From NCBI GenBank assembly GCA_964373055.1, contig CAYJTM010000001.1:28688-92687 (forward strand): a stretch of 64,000 nt of DNA, written 5' to 3'. Below, piece after piece: positions 46,301-56,314 of this stretch (position 1 is the first letter of the stretch; every line of letters begins with the position of its first letter). The translations under genes were made by a program, and so were the position numbers. The stretch comes from an uncultured Planctomycetia bacterium (GTDB taxonomy: Bacteria; Omnitrophota; Gorgyraeia; 1-14-0-20-64-10). The notes under the pieces were generated by a model. The model was not told the origin of the DNA. It worked only from the letters and a program-made list of their open reading frames with translations, and made no database searches.

Positions 46301-47199
46301 CAGGCCACCGGGGCGGCCACAGGAGCCGCCGAGCGATCCGAACCGGGAAACCGGAAACATACGGGAGGATCCGCGGAGAGGTCCGCACCGCCTTGGCTGC
46401 CCAGGCGACCGCCTGTTTCCACTCCCCATTTCGAGAATAGCCGCCCGCCAGCATGGCATAGAACCGGGCCCAAACCTGCGGGGCTTGCGCACGGAGCGCG
46501 GGTTCCAGTAAGGGGTTCGAGAAGAACCGCTCCAGCGAGCGAACCCCCGGTTCCAAGTGGATCCCCACGTCCCGGCTCTGGTTCTTGGGATACTGCCTGT
46601 ACAAAACCAGGATTTCCGGAACCGACCGGAGGGTTCCCGCGCGCGCCAGCCGGCAAGCCATATCCCAGTCGGAGAGGATGACCAGGTCTTCCCCGAAGCC
46701 CCCGACCATTTCAAAGGCGCGCTTGCGCACGACCAGGGTGGAGGAGAAGGCCGGCAGGTTCTCGAAGAGCAGAAAATTCATCAGGCTGTCCCGCGCGGGG
46801 TCACAGCGCCGGACCTCCAGGACCTCCTTCAGTTGAGCGTCCACGCAGCAGGCGCCGCATTGGACGGCCAGGATGCCGGGCTCCCGCTGGAAGGCCGCCA
46901 TCTGGGTTTCCAGTTTCCGGGGAAGCCACAGGTCGTCTCCGTCCAGAAAGGCCACAAATTCACCTTTTGCCCGGGCGATTCCCAGGTTTCGCGCCGAGCC
47001 GGTCCCGCCATTGGGTTTCGGAAGGTAGCGGACCTTGTCCCCGTAAGGCCGCACTCGGGCGGCCGTGTCGTCTGTGGAGCCGTCATCCACCACGAGGACC
47101 TCGATCTCCCGGTACGACTGGCGCAGCACCGAGTCGATCGCCTCCGGGAGGGTGTCCGCCTTGTTGTACGTGATGATGCACACGGAAACGTTAGGCACG
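46293..47199 (-). CDS. Family 2 glycosyltransferase
   Basis: Likely GTG start at 47199 (GGAG 9 nt upstream, 9-nt overlap with upstream TAA) giving M-PNVSVCIITYNK...; VVDDGSTDDT, DGDD motifs. Confidence 0.72.
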
Positions 47200-48120
47200 G
47201 AAAAACTCCACGATGTTGCGCGCGCAGCGAAGCTCCATCTCACCCCGCGAGCGGGCGGTGAGAGAGGCCACGTGCGGCGTGCAGAGCACTTGAGGGAATC
47301 GGCACAGCTTCCCGGCGGTGGTCGGCTCGCTCTCAAAGACATCCAGGGCCGCCGCGGAGAGATGGCCCGACTCCAGGGCCTCGATCAGCGCGGCCTCGTC
47401 CACGAGGCGGCCCCGGGCCGTGTTGATGAGGCGGCTTCCCTTCCGCATGAAGGCGAACTCTCGCCGGCTCAACAGAGGTGGGGCGTCCGGCGGCAAGGCC
47501 GCGTGAAGCGAGACGACATCCGACTCCCGCAGCAGGGATTCAAGCTCCGCGCAGCGGGTCTCCTGGGGGAAGCGCTGCGCGGGGAGGTTGGGATCGTAGA
47601 CCCGGATCGCGCACCCAAAAGGTTGAAGGTACTCGTGAAACGCTCTTCCAACCCTTCCCAAGCCGACGACCCCCACCGTCCACTCCGAAAGAAGATGGCC
47701 CGTGCGCTTCCTCCACTCTCCCCGACGGAAGTCGTCCCAATGCAAGGGCAAGTTTCGAGCAAGGGCCAGCAGCATCGCCAGGGCCATCTGCGCCACCGGC
47801 TCGACTACCTCATCGGGCGTGGTAAGCACAGCAACCCCCCTTTTCCGTGCGGTTTCCAGATCAATGCTGTCGGTCCCGGTCCCGCAGCGGCTGATGCACC
47901 GCAAACGGGGCAGGCGTTGCAGGATCCCCGCGTCGTAGGGCTCGATTCCGGCCAGCACCGCGTCCGCCTCATTTAGAAAATCCGGCATCTCTTCCCGGCG
48001 GAGGCGCCGCCCCAGCGGATTCTCCCGCACGCGCAGGCCGGCCCGCAGCAGCTCCCGCCGGGGCCGGTCATTCCCCTCGCAGAAGGTTTGCAGCGCGACA
48101 AAAACACTTTCTCCACTCAC
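47191..48120 (-). CDS. D-isomer-specific 2-hydroxyacid dehydrogenase family protein (second copy)
   Basis: Likely GTG start at 48120 overlapping the upstream TGA (GTGA); GVVGLGRVGRAF NAD motif, CTPHVAS. The ORF-track N-terminal 113 aa are a read-through extension. Confidence 0.72.
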   Translation of the reverse strand: MSGESVFVALQTFCEGNDRPRRELLRAGLRVRENPLGRRLRREEMPDFLNEADAVLAGIEPYDAGILQRLPRLRCISRCGTGTDSIDLETARKRGVAVLTTPDEVVEPVAQMALAMLLALARNLPLHWDDFRRGEWRKRTGHLLSEWTVGVVGLGRVGRAFHEYLQPFGCAIRVYDPNLPAQRFPQETRCAELESLLRESDVVSLHAALPPDAPPLLSRREFAFMRKGSRLINTARGRLVDEAALIEALESGHLSAAALDVFESEPTTAGKLCRFPQVLCTPHVASLTARSRGEMELRCARNIVEFFRA

Positions 48121-48884
48121 GTGTTGAGGATCTCCTTCAATACAGCTTGCTGGCGCGGATCGGAGGCCAGGATCTTCTTCGCCTGGGCAAGCTCCCGGGG
48201 GTGATTGACGCCCGCGTACGCCTTCCGGAAAGGGACGCTCTGAAGCCAGTGGTCGTGCTCGATGATACGGGATTGGTCCACCGATTCGGCCCTCTCCAGG
48301 GGTGTGCGCTTCAGCCGGCCGTAGCGCTCCAAAAAGTCCACCCGATAGCCGAGGATCCCGAGCAGGCTCCGGACCGGCTCCATTCCGCCAGGCGCTTGGG
48401 CCAGCCACGAGGCGTCCCGGGTGCAGAGCAGGATCCGACCGCTGGCCGAAAGGATACATTTTACAACGGAACGGTCGTGGAATGTCGCCTCATGCTCGAT
48501 GGGTCCCACCGCGTTCCAGGCCGGTATTTCAGGACGCCGGAGGATTGCCGAAACCATCCTCTTGAGGTCGCGCGGGAGGACCAGAAGCTCATCTCCCTGC
48601 ACGTTGACGACATGGGAACATCGAATCCCCCGGGCGGCTTCCCGCACGCGGTCCGTCGCGGCCGGATGCTTGGCGGAGGTCATCCGGACCTTCCCGCCGT
48701 AACGCCGCACGCAGCGGGCGATCTCCCTGTCGCAGGTGGCCACCCAGACCTCGCTGAAGGCGCCCGACAGCAGCGCCCGCCTGCGCACATGCTCCACCAT
48801 CGGCAACCCGCGGATCTCCTTCAGCGGTTTTCCGGGGAATCGTGTGGAGGCCATTCGCGCGGGGATGATCGCTACGATTCTCAT
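48117..48884 (-). CDS. kdsB: 3-deoxy-manno-octulosonate cytidylyltransferase-like (KdsB family CMP-ulosonic acid synthetase)
   Basis: 255 aa; MRIVAIIPARMASTRFPGKPL...GLPMVEHV...VVNVQGDE aligns closely with E. coli KdsB over the full length. Confidence 0.82.
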   Translation of the reverse strand: MRIVAIIPARMASTRFPGKPLKEIRGLPMVEHVRRRALLSGAFSEVWVATCDREIARCVRRYGGKVRMTSAKHPAATDRVREAARGIRCSHVVNVQGDELLVLPRDLKRMVSAILRRPEIPAWNAVGPIEHEATFHDRSVVKCILSASGRILLCTRDASWLAQAPGGMEPVRSLLGILGYRVDFLERYGRLKRTPLERAESVDQSRIIEHDHWLQSVPFRKAYAGVNHPRELAQAKKILASDPRQQAVLKEILNT

Positions 48885-48891
48885 CGCGGGG

Positions 48892-49647
48892 CTACTGAGG
48901 GAGGGTGCCGCAATCCACGTTGATGCATTGCCCGGTGATCGCCGAGGAGGCCAGGCCGGCCAGGAAGAGGACCACCTCCGCCACCTCCTGAACCGTGGGC
49001 AGCCGCCCCAGCGCGGTCTGGGAGGCGGCGAACTGCTCCAGGTAGCGCTCCACCCCGCCCTGCCCCTGGGCGGGGGAGCCCGGCTCGGAAAGGGACTCCA
49101 GGATTGTCTCGGTCCGGACGTAGACGGGGCAAACGGCGTTGACCCGGATGCCGCGGGGGCCCAGTTCCTTGGCCAGCGATTGGGTGATCCCGTTGACGGC
49201 GAACTTGGCCGCGCAGTAGACGCTGTTATTGGCGCTGCCTCGCTTGCCGGCCAGGCTCGAGACGTTCACGATGACGCCGCCCTCCTTCATCACCGCAGCC
49301 GCCGCAGCGCAGCCCCAGAGGGTCCCCAGCACGTTGGTCTCGATCAACTCGGAGGAGAAATCGGCGTCGATCTTCTCGATCGGGCGCCACCGAGAGATGC
49401 CCGCGCAGTTGACGAACAGGTCCAGCCCTCCGTAGGCGCCGAGCACCGATCTCACGAATTGGTCCACCTGCTCCTTCCGCCGGATGTCGGCCGGGTGAAC
49501 CAGGATGCCCGCCGGAAGTGCAGAATCCTGGGGGGAACGGGCGCAGACCGCGACCGAATAGCCGCGGGCCAGGCAGAGATCGGCCACCGCTCGGCCGATC
49601 CCGCGCGTCCCGCCCGTCACCGCCGCGACCAACTTGTGATCTTCCAT
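48892..49647 (-). CDS. Short-chain dehydrogenase/reductase (SDR)
   Basis: 251 aa; TGGTRGIGRA, NCAG, S...YCAAK catalytic triad region. Confidence 0.85.
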   Translation of the reverse strand: MEDHKLVAAVTGGTRGIGRAVADLCLARGYSVAVCARSPQDSALPAGILVHPADIRRKEQVDQFVRSVLGAYGGLDLFVNCAGISRWRPIEKIDADFSSELIETNVLGTLWGCAAAAAVMKEGGVIVNVSSLAGKRGSANNSVYCAAKFAVNGITQSLAKELGPRGIRVNAVCPVYVRTETILESLSEPGSPAQGQGGVERYLEQFAASQTALGRLPTVQEVAEVVLFLAGLASSAITGQCINVDCGTLPQ

Positions 49648-49649
49648 GG

Positions 49650-50426
49650 CTAAACCGTCATGGCGGTGAACCCGCCGTCCACAGTGACCATGGAGCCGGT
49701 CACAAAGACGGCCTCATCCGAGCAGAGCCAGAGCGCGGCGCCCACCAGCTCCTCGGGCCGGCCGAACCGGGCCATCGGCGTGTGGCCGAGGATCTTCCTC
49801 TTGCGGGAGGGATCGATAAAATGTTTCATGCTCCAATCGGTTGGGAAGAAGCCGGGCTTCAAGGCGTTGACCCGCACGCCGAACGGCGCCCATTCCCTGG
49901 CCAGGTTCTGCGTCAGGTTGGCCACGCCCGCCTTGGCCGCCGAATAGAGGAAGGCCTTTGACAGCGGCGGGCCGGAGGAGACCGAGGCGAAGTTGATGAT
50001 GCTGCCGGAGCGCTGCCGGACCATCACCTCCCCGAACACCTGGCAGCCGGTGAGGGTCCCCACCAGGTTGACCCCCAAGATCCGCCGGATCTCGGCATCG
50101 GTGATCTTCAGGAAGGGAGTCGGCGCGTTCGCGCCGGCCCCGTTGAGCAGGACGTCCACGCGGCGGTGTTTCCGGATGACCGCCCCCCTGCAGCGGACCC
50201 AATCCGCCTTCGAGGTCACGTCGCAGCTGAACCAGTCTGCCGCTTTGGCCAGATCGGCGGGCAGGCTCTTCCTCTGCCCCGGCAGGTCCAGGATCGCCAC
50301 GCGCATGCCGGACTCCAGGAACGCCCGGGCCAGCACGGAACAGAGATGCCCCGCCCCGCCGGCCACGACGGCGACTTTCCCCGCAAGGTTGAACTGACTC
50401 TCTATTGTACGCTTCGCCCAGACCAT
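49650..50426 (-). CDS. Short-chain dehydrogenase/reductase (SDR), second copy
   Basis: 258 aa; VAGGAGHLCS, NGAG, YSAAK. Confidence 0.85.
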   Translation of the reverse strand: MVWAKRTIESQFNLAGKVAVVAGGAGHLCSVLARAFLESGMRVAILDLPGQRKSLPADLAKAADWFSCDVTSKADWVRCRGAVIRKHRRVDVLLNGAGANAPTPFLKITDAEIRRILGVNLVGTLTGCQVFGEVMVRQRSGSIINFASVSSGPPLSKAFLYSAAKAGVANLTQNLAREWAPFGVRVNALKPGFFPTDWSMKHFIDPSRKRKILGHTPMARFGRPEELVGAALWLCSDEAVFVTGSMVTVDGGFTAMTV

Positions 50427-50431
50427 AGTTT

Positions 50432-52015
50432 TTACGGCCCTTTTCTCTTCCCATGATAAAAACCGTCAGGATAGACCGCCGCGTAGTCAATGAGCACCGT
50501 TCCCTTCCGAGGGATCTTCCCCTTTCCGGAGGAATGGGCCCGGAAATCAGGGAAGAAATCAAAGGTCAACATCTCTCCTTCAGATTGAACAGGAGACCGC
50601 GCTAGATGTACACCATCCCACAAAATCTTTCGGGGGTACCCGGCGCGCTGAGGGATCGTTCTCCCTATCATCCAGCTAAGTTGGGTCTCAAATCCTTTAC
50701 CCAACAACCCCTCGACCCCCCAATAGTAGTCGAGCTGATTGGCGGGATCTTTGACCCACGTGTAGGGGATCCTTTGGGCAAAACTGTACTGATCATAGAG
50801 CACCCGATCCGCCTGCAGGATGGATCCCATCTTCTCTTTAATGGTCTCCTCGATCGCGTTATTCATCCGGCATGAAACCACTTGGTTCCAGGCAATGCCT
50901 TGGGACATGATCAGACCCATTCCAAATAAAAACACCGGGAACAGCGGCCGCCATCTGATGAAGAAACGAACGGCGGCAACGACCAGGACAGAAAAGCCAA
51001 TTGAAGCCAAAGCGGTGTGGCGGCTTTCCATATAAGGAATAAATGTAAAGGGAGCCAAGAAGAAGACCCCCATGGCGGCTGAGAGAAGGATCGCTCGAAG
51101 CGGAACCCAGGGGAGGGACTGCCTCCTCAACCACCGGAAGAATCCCCAAAGAGCCAACCCGTCCATTGCCAATAAAATGAAAACCCAAGGAGACTCCATG
51201 GTAGGAAATCGCGCCAGGCCATACGCGATCCACTTGATCATTTGCCTGCCGAAATAAAGATTCGGTACCGTCACGAACAGCTGGTGCTTAAAATACATCA
51301 GCGGCTGGCTGAATCCCATGGAGGGGTAGCCCTGGCTGAGAAGATGCCCCCTCCACAACAAGCTGAGGCCCGCGGGAAGGAGAAAGAGGAGAGAATCTCC
51401 CAGTTTCTTTCTTTCGTAAAACCATGCCGCAACAATTAAAAGCAACGGAAGAAAGAAACCCGCTTCATACCAAAAAATCACAACGGTATAACACATGAGC
51501 GAAACCCAAAGAGTAACGCGATTCGAATTTCTCAAATAGATTAAAAACAAAGCCGCGCTGGCGACGGTCACCGCATAGGCCGCGTTCATGGTCGAATAGA
51601 GTAGATGATGGTAAAGTTGAACCTTATTCGGTAAAAGGACGAAGACGCCGCCGCAAATCAAACCCAGCGCGCGGTTTCCAACCATCTCCACAGTCAAGTA
51701 ATAAACAGATACGGCAAGAAGAGTGCTCGTTAAGAAAACGGTGGTGATCCACAGAGCCGGCACGTCTCCAATAAGCCAATCCAGGAGCATCGTGGAAAAC
51801 ACGAGCGGACGCGGCCCTGGCTGGGCCAGCCAAGACCGGATGGATTCCCCATAGGACCAACCCGGCTGCAGACGGACGCTCATATTCGTGAGATCATCCA
51901 ATGTCAAAGAAACCCGTTCAAAGGGAAGAAAATGAGCCAAGAGATTTAAACCTACAATGACCAAGACGGGAAGGGCGGCGGGCACCCATCTTAGGCAGGA
52001 TTCCTGGATGCTCAT
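50432..52015 (-). CDS. Polytopic membrane protein (GT-C/polymerase-like), compositionally atypical (low GC)
   Basis: Start MSIQESCLRW (52015, ATGA overlap); ~527 aa, >11 TM helices. DNA is ~50% GC versus ~66% in flanks; few shadow ORFs here. Confidence 0.6.
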   Translation of the reverse strand: MSIQESCLRWVPAALPVLVIVGLNLLAHFLPFERVSLTLDDLTNMSVRLQPGWSYGESIRSWLAQPGPRPLVFSTMLLDWLIGDVPALWITTVFLTSTLLAVSVYYLTVEMVGNRALGLICGGVFVLLPNKVQLYHHLLYSTMNAAYAVTVASAALFLIYLRNSNRVTLWVSLMCYTVVIFWYEAGFFLPLLLIVAAWFYERKKLGDSLLFLLPAGLSLLWRGHLLSQGYPSMGFSQPLMYFKHQLFVTVPNLYFGRQMIKWIAYGLARFPTMESPWVFILLAMDGLALWGFFRWLRRQSLPWVPLRAILLSAAMGVFFLAPFTFIPYMESRHTALASIGFSVLVVAAVRFFIRWRPLFPVFLFGMGLIMSQGIAWNQVVSCRMNNAIEETIKEKMGSILQADRVLYDQYSFAQRIPYTWVKDPANQLDYYWGVEGLLGKGFETQLSWMIGRTIPQRAGYPRKILWDGVHLARSPVQSEGEMLTFDFFPDFRAHSSGKGKIPRKGTVLIDYAAVYPDGFYHGKRKGP

Positions 52016-52647
52016 CGGAGGAGGGACCTGAAGTCCGGCACGGTGAGGGTGCTGCCCGGCAGAGAGGTTTCGCCCAGGGTGACAAAGGGGCATCCCGCCC
52101 TCTCCGCTGCGCGCGCGTCCTCCGGGGTGTCGCCGAAAAAGAGGATCCGGTCCGCCGGGTATCCCAGCCCCTGCAGCCCCTTGAGCCAATCCGCCTTCAC
52201 AACCGGGGCCCCGCGCTGCAGATCAAAAAGCCCAAGCCATCCGCGGGCTTCCAGGATCTCCCGGAGGATCGGATGGGGAGTGCTGGAGAGGACGGCCGTG
52301 TGGGCCTTGTGCCGGACCGACTCCAGGAAACCGGAAGCGCCCGGGACTTCAGGGGCCCCGATGATCGCCTGCGTGGTCTCCCGCTCGAAGCGCCGGTGCA
52401 GCTGCTGTTCGGCGTCGGCCGTGTAAGGCAGGCCCAGGATCCGCTCGTAGACGTGGCGGAATTTCTCGCTGCGGGTCGTGTGGTTGTTGCCGCGGCAATA
52501 GGCGAGGATCTCCCCCCGGCGGGCCGCAAACTCCGGCCCCGAGAAGCAGTTCTCAAAAGCCCGCCACTTGATCGGATTGGAGTCCACGAGGGTGCCGTCG
52601 AAATCAAAGACATAGAGGTCGGCCTCCGGGGCATGGGTCTTAACCAT
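52012..52647 (-). CDS. HAD-superfamily hydrolase/phosphatase
   Basis: Start MVKTHAPEADLYVFDFDGTLVDS (52647); DxDGT motif I, GDTPED motif IV. Confidence 0.75.
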   Translation of the reverse strand: MVKTHAPEADLYVFDFDGTLVDSNPIKWRAFENCFSGPEFAARRGEILAYCRGNNHTTRSEKFRHVYERILGLPYTADAEQQLHRRFERETTQAIIGAPEVPGASGFLESVRHKAHTAVLSSTPHPILREILEARGWLGLFDLQRGAPVVKADWLKGLQGLGYPADRILFFGDTPEDARAAERAGCPFVTLGETSLPGSTLTVPDFRSLLR

Positions 52648-54394
52648 TTCGCCGGAAGATCGTGAACTCACCGATCCGGGTCTCCACGCGATAGCCCAGG
52701 CCGTCCGCCGGCCCGGCCCAGCCGGCTTTGGCGGTCGGGACCACCAGGTAGTCCGGCGGCCCAAACTCCTCCAGGCGGTGGGACACCGCCGCGGGGTCCT
52801 GCGCTTCCCAAGCGGCCACGAATTCGTTCATCCGGCGATTCTTTTCCTCCCACCATTGAAGTTTTGGGTAGTCCAGGTAGAAGGCCGCTGGATGGCCCAT
52901 CGGCATGGTCCGTCCGGCCCGGGTTCGCAGCGAAGCGTCAAAATGAAGCGCCGAGGGTTGGCGATGGGTGTCTTCCATCGAAAGGGCCAGCACAGTGGCC
53001 GAGGGAGGCGTTCGCTCTAAAAAGTACTCGTTGACGCCGACCCATTTCGCGCAGAGGTTGTCCCCGATGATCCCGTGCCGGACCAGGTAGACCAGCGCCT
53101 CCCGGCGCTGGTGGAGGGCGCCGATCGTGTAAAGGGCCAGCGTCCCGATCAGGACCGGGACGGCCGCCAACCGAAGCCGCTCACCCGGCTGCAGCCGTTC
53201 CAGCGCGAGCGTCCGGCAGCGCATCAGCCCCACCGCCAGGAGGAACCCGGCCAGGATCAACAGCTTGACCCGCGGCTCCTCGTGCAGAAGGTACAAGCCG
53301 AAGAAGGCGGCCAGGGAGAGCCACGCGGCCCGGCAGGAGGAGGCCTGCCCGATCCGTTTCAGCAGTCCAACCGCCAGCGCGGCCATCACGATGTAGGAGG
53401 GCCAGCGCAGAGCCCGACGGGGATCGAACGGGACCAGATAGGGAATCTTCATGAAATCAGGGGCGAAGGTCAGGTAGAGCCCGCTGAGCAGCCAGGTGGC
53501 CAGGCCGATCATGACGATGACCCGGACGCGGCGAAGCGCCTGCGCCGGCAGATCTAACGGGAGGAAGGCCAGCAACGAGAAGGCCGCGAAACAGAGGTTG
53601 GCCCAGGCGGGGTACAGGAACGGGTTTGCCTCGGCGTCGTCGATCTTGGCCAGAATGTAATCGAACAGCTTCACGTCGCTGCCGTCCGGCGGGCGGATAG
53701 CCAGCGCGTAGAAGGCCAGCCCGCCGCTTACGGCGAGGCACGCTCCGAGCAGCGTCCATCGCTTGGCCGCTGGGCCCAGCCGGTCTTTCCAAAGCAGCAC
53801 GGAGGCGGCGATCACCGGGATCCAGGTGTTCTTGAGGGAGATCGCCAGGCAGAGCGCGATCAGGGGCACCTGGCGGGCAGCCCCCCACCCCGCCAACACC
53901 CCATAGAGAAGCCAGAGGGCCGCCACCGCCCCCAGGCCGGTGCCGCTGAAACCGTAGTTGTCGACCAGCACCGAATGAATGATGAAGAAGCGGTGCTCCA
54001 AAAGGAGGAAGGCCAAGATCGCCGCCCGTTCCAGCCGGCCTTTCAGGCCCAGCAGCCGGACCGTCTTATCCAAAGCGGCCAAGGAGAGGATCGCCATCCC
54101 CATAAAGAAGAAAAAGGTGAAGCGGTCATCCAGCCAGATCGGGCCGGCCAGTTTCACGATCCCGTAATAGAGAGAAAGAAGCACCGGGCGGGTTGCTGGA
54201 GCGAAGGCGTCCCCCGGGAAAGATCCGGGGTAGAGCACTTGAAACACGCACCCCGAATAGCCGCTGTGGCCTTCCAGCCCCCGGAACATGGCCGCTGTGT
54301 AGGCCAGACTTAAACCGAGGATCAGCAGCACCCAACGGAAGTGATGTCCGTTCAACGGCGCTCCCGGATCAGTTTTTTCATCCGTTCTCCCCAT
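52640..54394 (-). CDS. Polytopic membrane protein with C-terminal extracytoplasmic domain, GT-C-like
   Basis: 584 aa; >12 TM helices. Start uncertain (the 54394 ORF-track start overlaps the upstream gene by 43 nt). Confidence 0.55.
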   Translation of the reverse strand: MGRTDEKTDPGAPLNGHHFRWVLLILGLSLAYTAAMFRGLEGHSGYSGCVFQVLYPGSFPGDAFAPATRPVLLSLYYGIVKLAGPIWLDDRFTFFFFMGMAILSLAALDKTVRLLGLKGRLERAAILAFLLLEHRFFIIHSVLVDNYGFSGTGLGAVAALWLLYGVLAGWGAARQVPLIALCLAISLKNTWIPVIAASVLLWKDRLGPAAKRWTLLGACLAVSGGLAFYALAIRPPDGSDVKLFDYILAKIDDAEANPFLYPAWANLCFAAFSLLAFLPLDLPAQALRRVRVIVMIGLATWLLSGLYLTFAPDFMKIPYLVPFDPRRALRWPSYIVMAALAVGLLKRIGQASSCRAAWLSLAAFFGLYLLHEEPRVKLLILAGFLLAVGLMRCRTLALERLQPGERLRLAAVPVLIGTLALYTIGALHQRREALVYLVRHGIIGDNLCAKWVGVNEYFLERTPPSATVLALSMEDTHRQPSALHFDASLRTRAGRTMPMGHPAAFYLDYPKLQWWEEKNRRMNEFVAAWEAQDPAAVSHRLEEFGPPDYLVVPTAKAGWAGPADGLGYRVETRIGEFTIFRRNG

Positions 54395-55107
54395 TTCCAG
54401 AGCAGGAAGACGTCGGAGGCCAACACCACGAAGGTGTAGCCGGCCCTCAGGGCCGCCGCCACGCTTTGAGCGTCCGGGTCCACGACCTGGGTCCCGCAGG
54501 CCTTGCCCAGTTTCCGGCAGACCTCCACCACCCGGCTGCAGGCCTTGGTGACGCGCGGGTGCGTGAGCTTCCCCGGGATCCCCAAAGAACCCGAGATGTC
54601 ATAGGGCCCCACCATCGCGCCGTCCACCTCCGGATGGGAGAGCAGCTCCTCGGCCGCCTCCACGCCGGCGATCGATTCAATCTGGATCATCAGCACCGAC
54701 CGGCGGTTCCAGCCGGAGACATAAGAATTGAATTCGAAGCCGTATCCCTGGGCCCGGGCGACACCAAACCCCCGCTTGCCCACCGGCGGGTACTTCACCC
54801 ACTCCACGATTTGCTCCACCTCTTCGCCGGTGGAAACGTTCGGCACCAGCACGCCATCGGCGCCTGAGTCCAGCAGGCGCCGGATCTGCTCGCCGTTGTG
54901 AGAAGAGACGCGGGCGAGGCAGGCGGTTTTGTTCGCCTGGGCGGCCGCGATAATCCTCTGCGCCTGCCCGAGGCTGATCGTGCTGTGCTCCAGGTCGATC
55001 CCGACGAAATCCACGCCGATCCGGCAGAAGGCCTCGGTGATGGAGGGGTGCCCCAGCGACGTCCAGGCTCCGAAAACGGTTTGACGATCACGCAGCTTCT
55101 TGCGCAT
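54352..55107 (-). CDS. HpcH/HpaI-family class II (pyruvate-dependent) aldolase
   Basis: 251 aa; VFGAWTSLGHPSITE...VDFVGIDLEH..., RVSSHNGEQIRRLLDSGADGVLVP, MIQIES motifs typical of HpaI/GarL/citrate-lyase-beta fold. Confidence 0.78.
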   Translation of the reverse strand: MRKKLRDRQTVFGAWTSLGHPSITEAFCRIGVDFVGIDLEHSTISLGQAQRIIAAAQANKTACLARVSSHNGEQIRRLLDSGADGVLVPNVSTGEEVEQIVEWVKYPPVGKRGFGVARAQGYGFEFNSYVSGWNRRSVLMIQIESIAGVEAAEELLSHPEVDGAMVGPYDISGSLGIPGKLTHPRVTKACSRVVEVCRKLGKACGTQVVDPDAQSVAAALRAGYTFVVLASDVFLLWKWGERMKKLIRERR

Positions 55108-56257
55108 AGATCTCCCTCAAAAAATCGAGCAGCTTCGCGGAGCTGCGTTCGGTGCTGAATTCTCCAGCCGTTTCAAGTCCGCCGGCTCGGACCCGCCGGC
55201 GGAGGGGTTCCTCCCGGAGCAATCGCAGCGTCTGATCCCGCAGCGCGGCGGGGTCGCCCGGCGGGCAAAGGAGGCAGTTCTCCTCTTCCTTGGCGTACTC
55301 CACGACCCCCTCGACGGCGGTCGTGACCAGTGCGGCCCCGCAGGCCATCGCCTGCAGAGGCGGCGCCGGAAAACCGTCAAACAGACTAGGATAAACGAAA
55401 ACATCCGTTTCCTGGAGCGCCGCGATGTAATCCTGCCCGCGCAGGTAGCCGTGATTCACGTCGAAGAGATTTTTCTGCTCTCCGGCCACCTGCCCGATCG
55501 AGCAGAGCCGGATCTCCGGCGCGCGGGCCCTCAGGCCGGCCATCGCCTCCACCCCGGTCTCCATCCCCTTGTGCTTGTTCGGATCGCAGTAGAGCGAAAC
55601 CGTCAGCCGCTCCCCAGCCGGCCGCTGCTTCACCTTGAAGAGGTTCAGATCAATCCCGCCGGGGATCATCCTTTGGACCGGGATCCCGAGCCGCTCGGCG
55701 GCCTGCTGGGAATCCCGGCTGGTGGCGTAGCGCGGGATCTTCAAACCGCGCTCCAACTCCACCCAGTGCCGGAACCAAGCCGATCCCTCTGGAGAGGCGC
55801 TGCAGGCCGCCTTTTCCAGGTTGACGTGGAGCGCCCCCACCAGCTTCGGCATCCGACGCGGCCTGCTCTCCAGCAGGCGGCGGGCAACCACGTAGGTGTG
55901 CGGCGCCACCGTGATCCCCCCTTCCAGGGAGCTCAGCGGGGGGATGGCCCCGAAACGGCTGACCCGGACGCGCGGGTCCACATGGAAGTCGGAGAACCCG
56001 CACCACGGTTTCGGAAAAAGGGCCGCGCGGGCCGACTCCGCGGCCAGCTTCAGGGCCTCTTTCAGCCGGGGCAAGGGTGCCAGGCGGCCGAGCATGAAAC
56101 GCCGGTACTCCCACCAATCCACCGAGGGGAACATCACCGTCGCCGGGATCCCGTTGCGCACCAGGTAGTTGGCCGTGTCCGCCGTGATGCGGGTGACGCT
56201 AACCGGAAGGTTCGTGGCCAGCAGGAACCGGACGTGGAACCCATTCGGCTTGCTCAT
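55088..56257 (-). CDS. GT4-family glycosyltransferase (GT-B)
   Basis: 389 aa; C-terminal YPSLFDGFPAPPLQAMACGAALVTT (E-x7-E-like region). Confidence 0.78.
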   Translation of the reverse strand: MSKPNGFHVRFLLATNLPVSVTRITADTANYLVRNGIPATVMFPSVDWWEYRRFMLGRLAPLPRLKEALKLAAESARAALFPKPWCGFSDFHVDPRVRVSRFGAIPPLSSLEGGITVAPHTYVVARRLLESRPRRMPKLVGALHVNLEKAACSASPEGSAWFRHWVELERGLKIPRYATSRDSQQAAERLGIPVQRMIPGGIDLNLFKVKQRPAGERLTVSLYCDPNKHKGMETGVEAMAGLRARAPEIRLCSIGQVAGEQKNLFDVNHGYLRGQDYIAALQETDVFVYPSLFDGFPAPPLQAMACGAALVTTAVEGVVEYAKEEENCLLCPPGDPAALRDQTLRLLREEPLRRRVRAGGLETAGEFSTERSSAKLLDFLREIYAQEAA

Positions 56258-56314
56258 CCCCGCTCCAGTAATGATTTCGGTGGCTGCGATAGTAGGCGAC
56301 CGTCCGCAGGCCGC

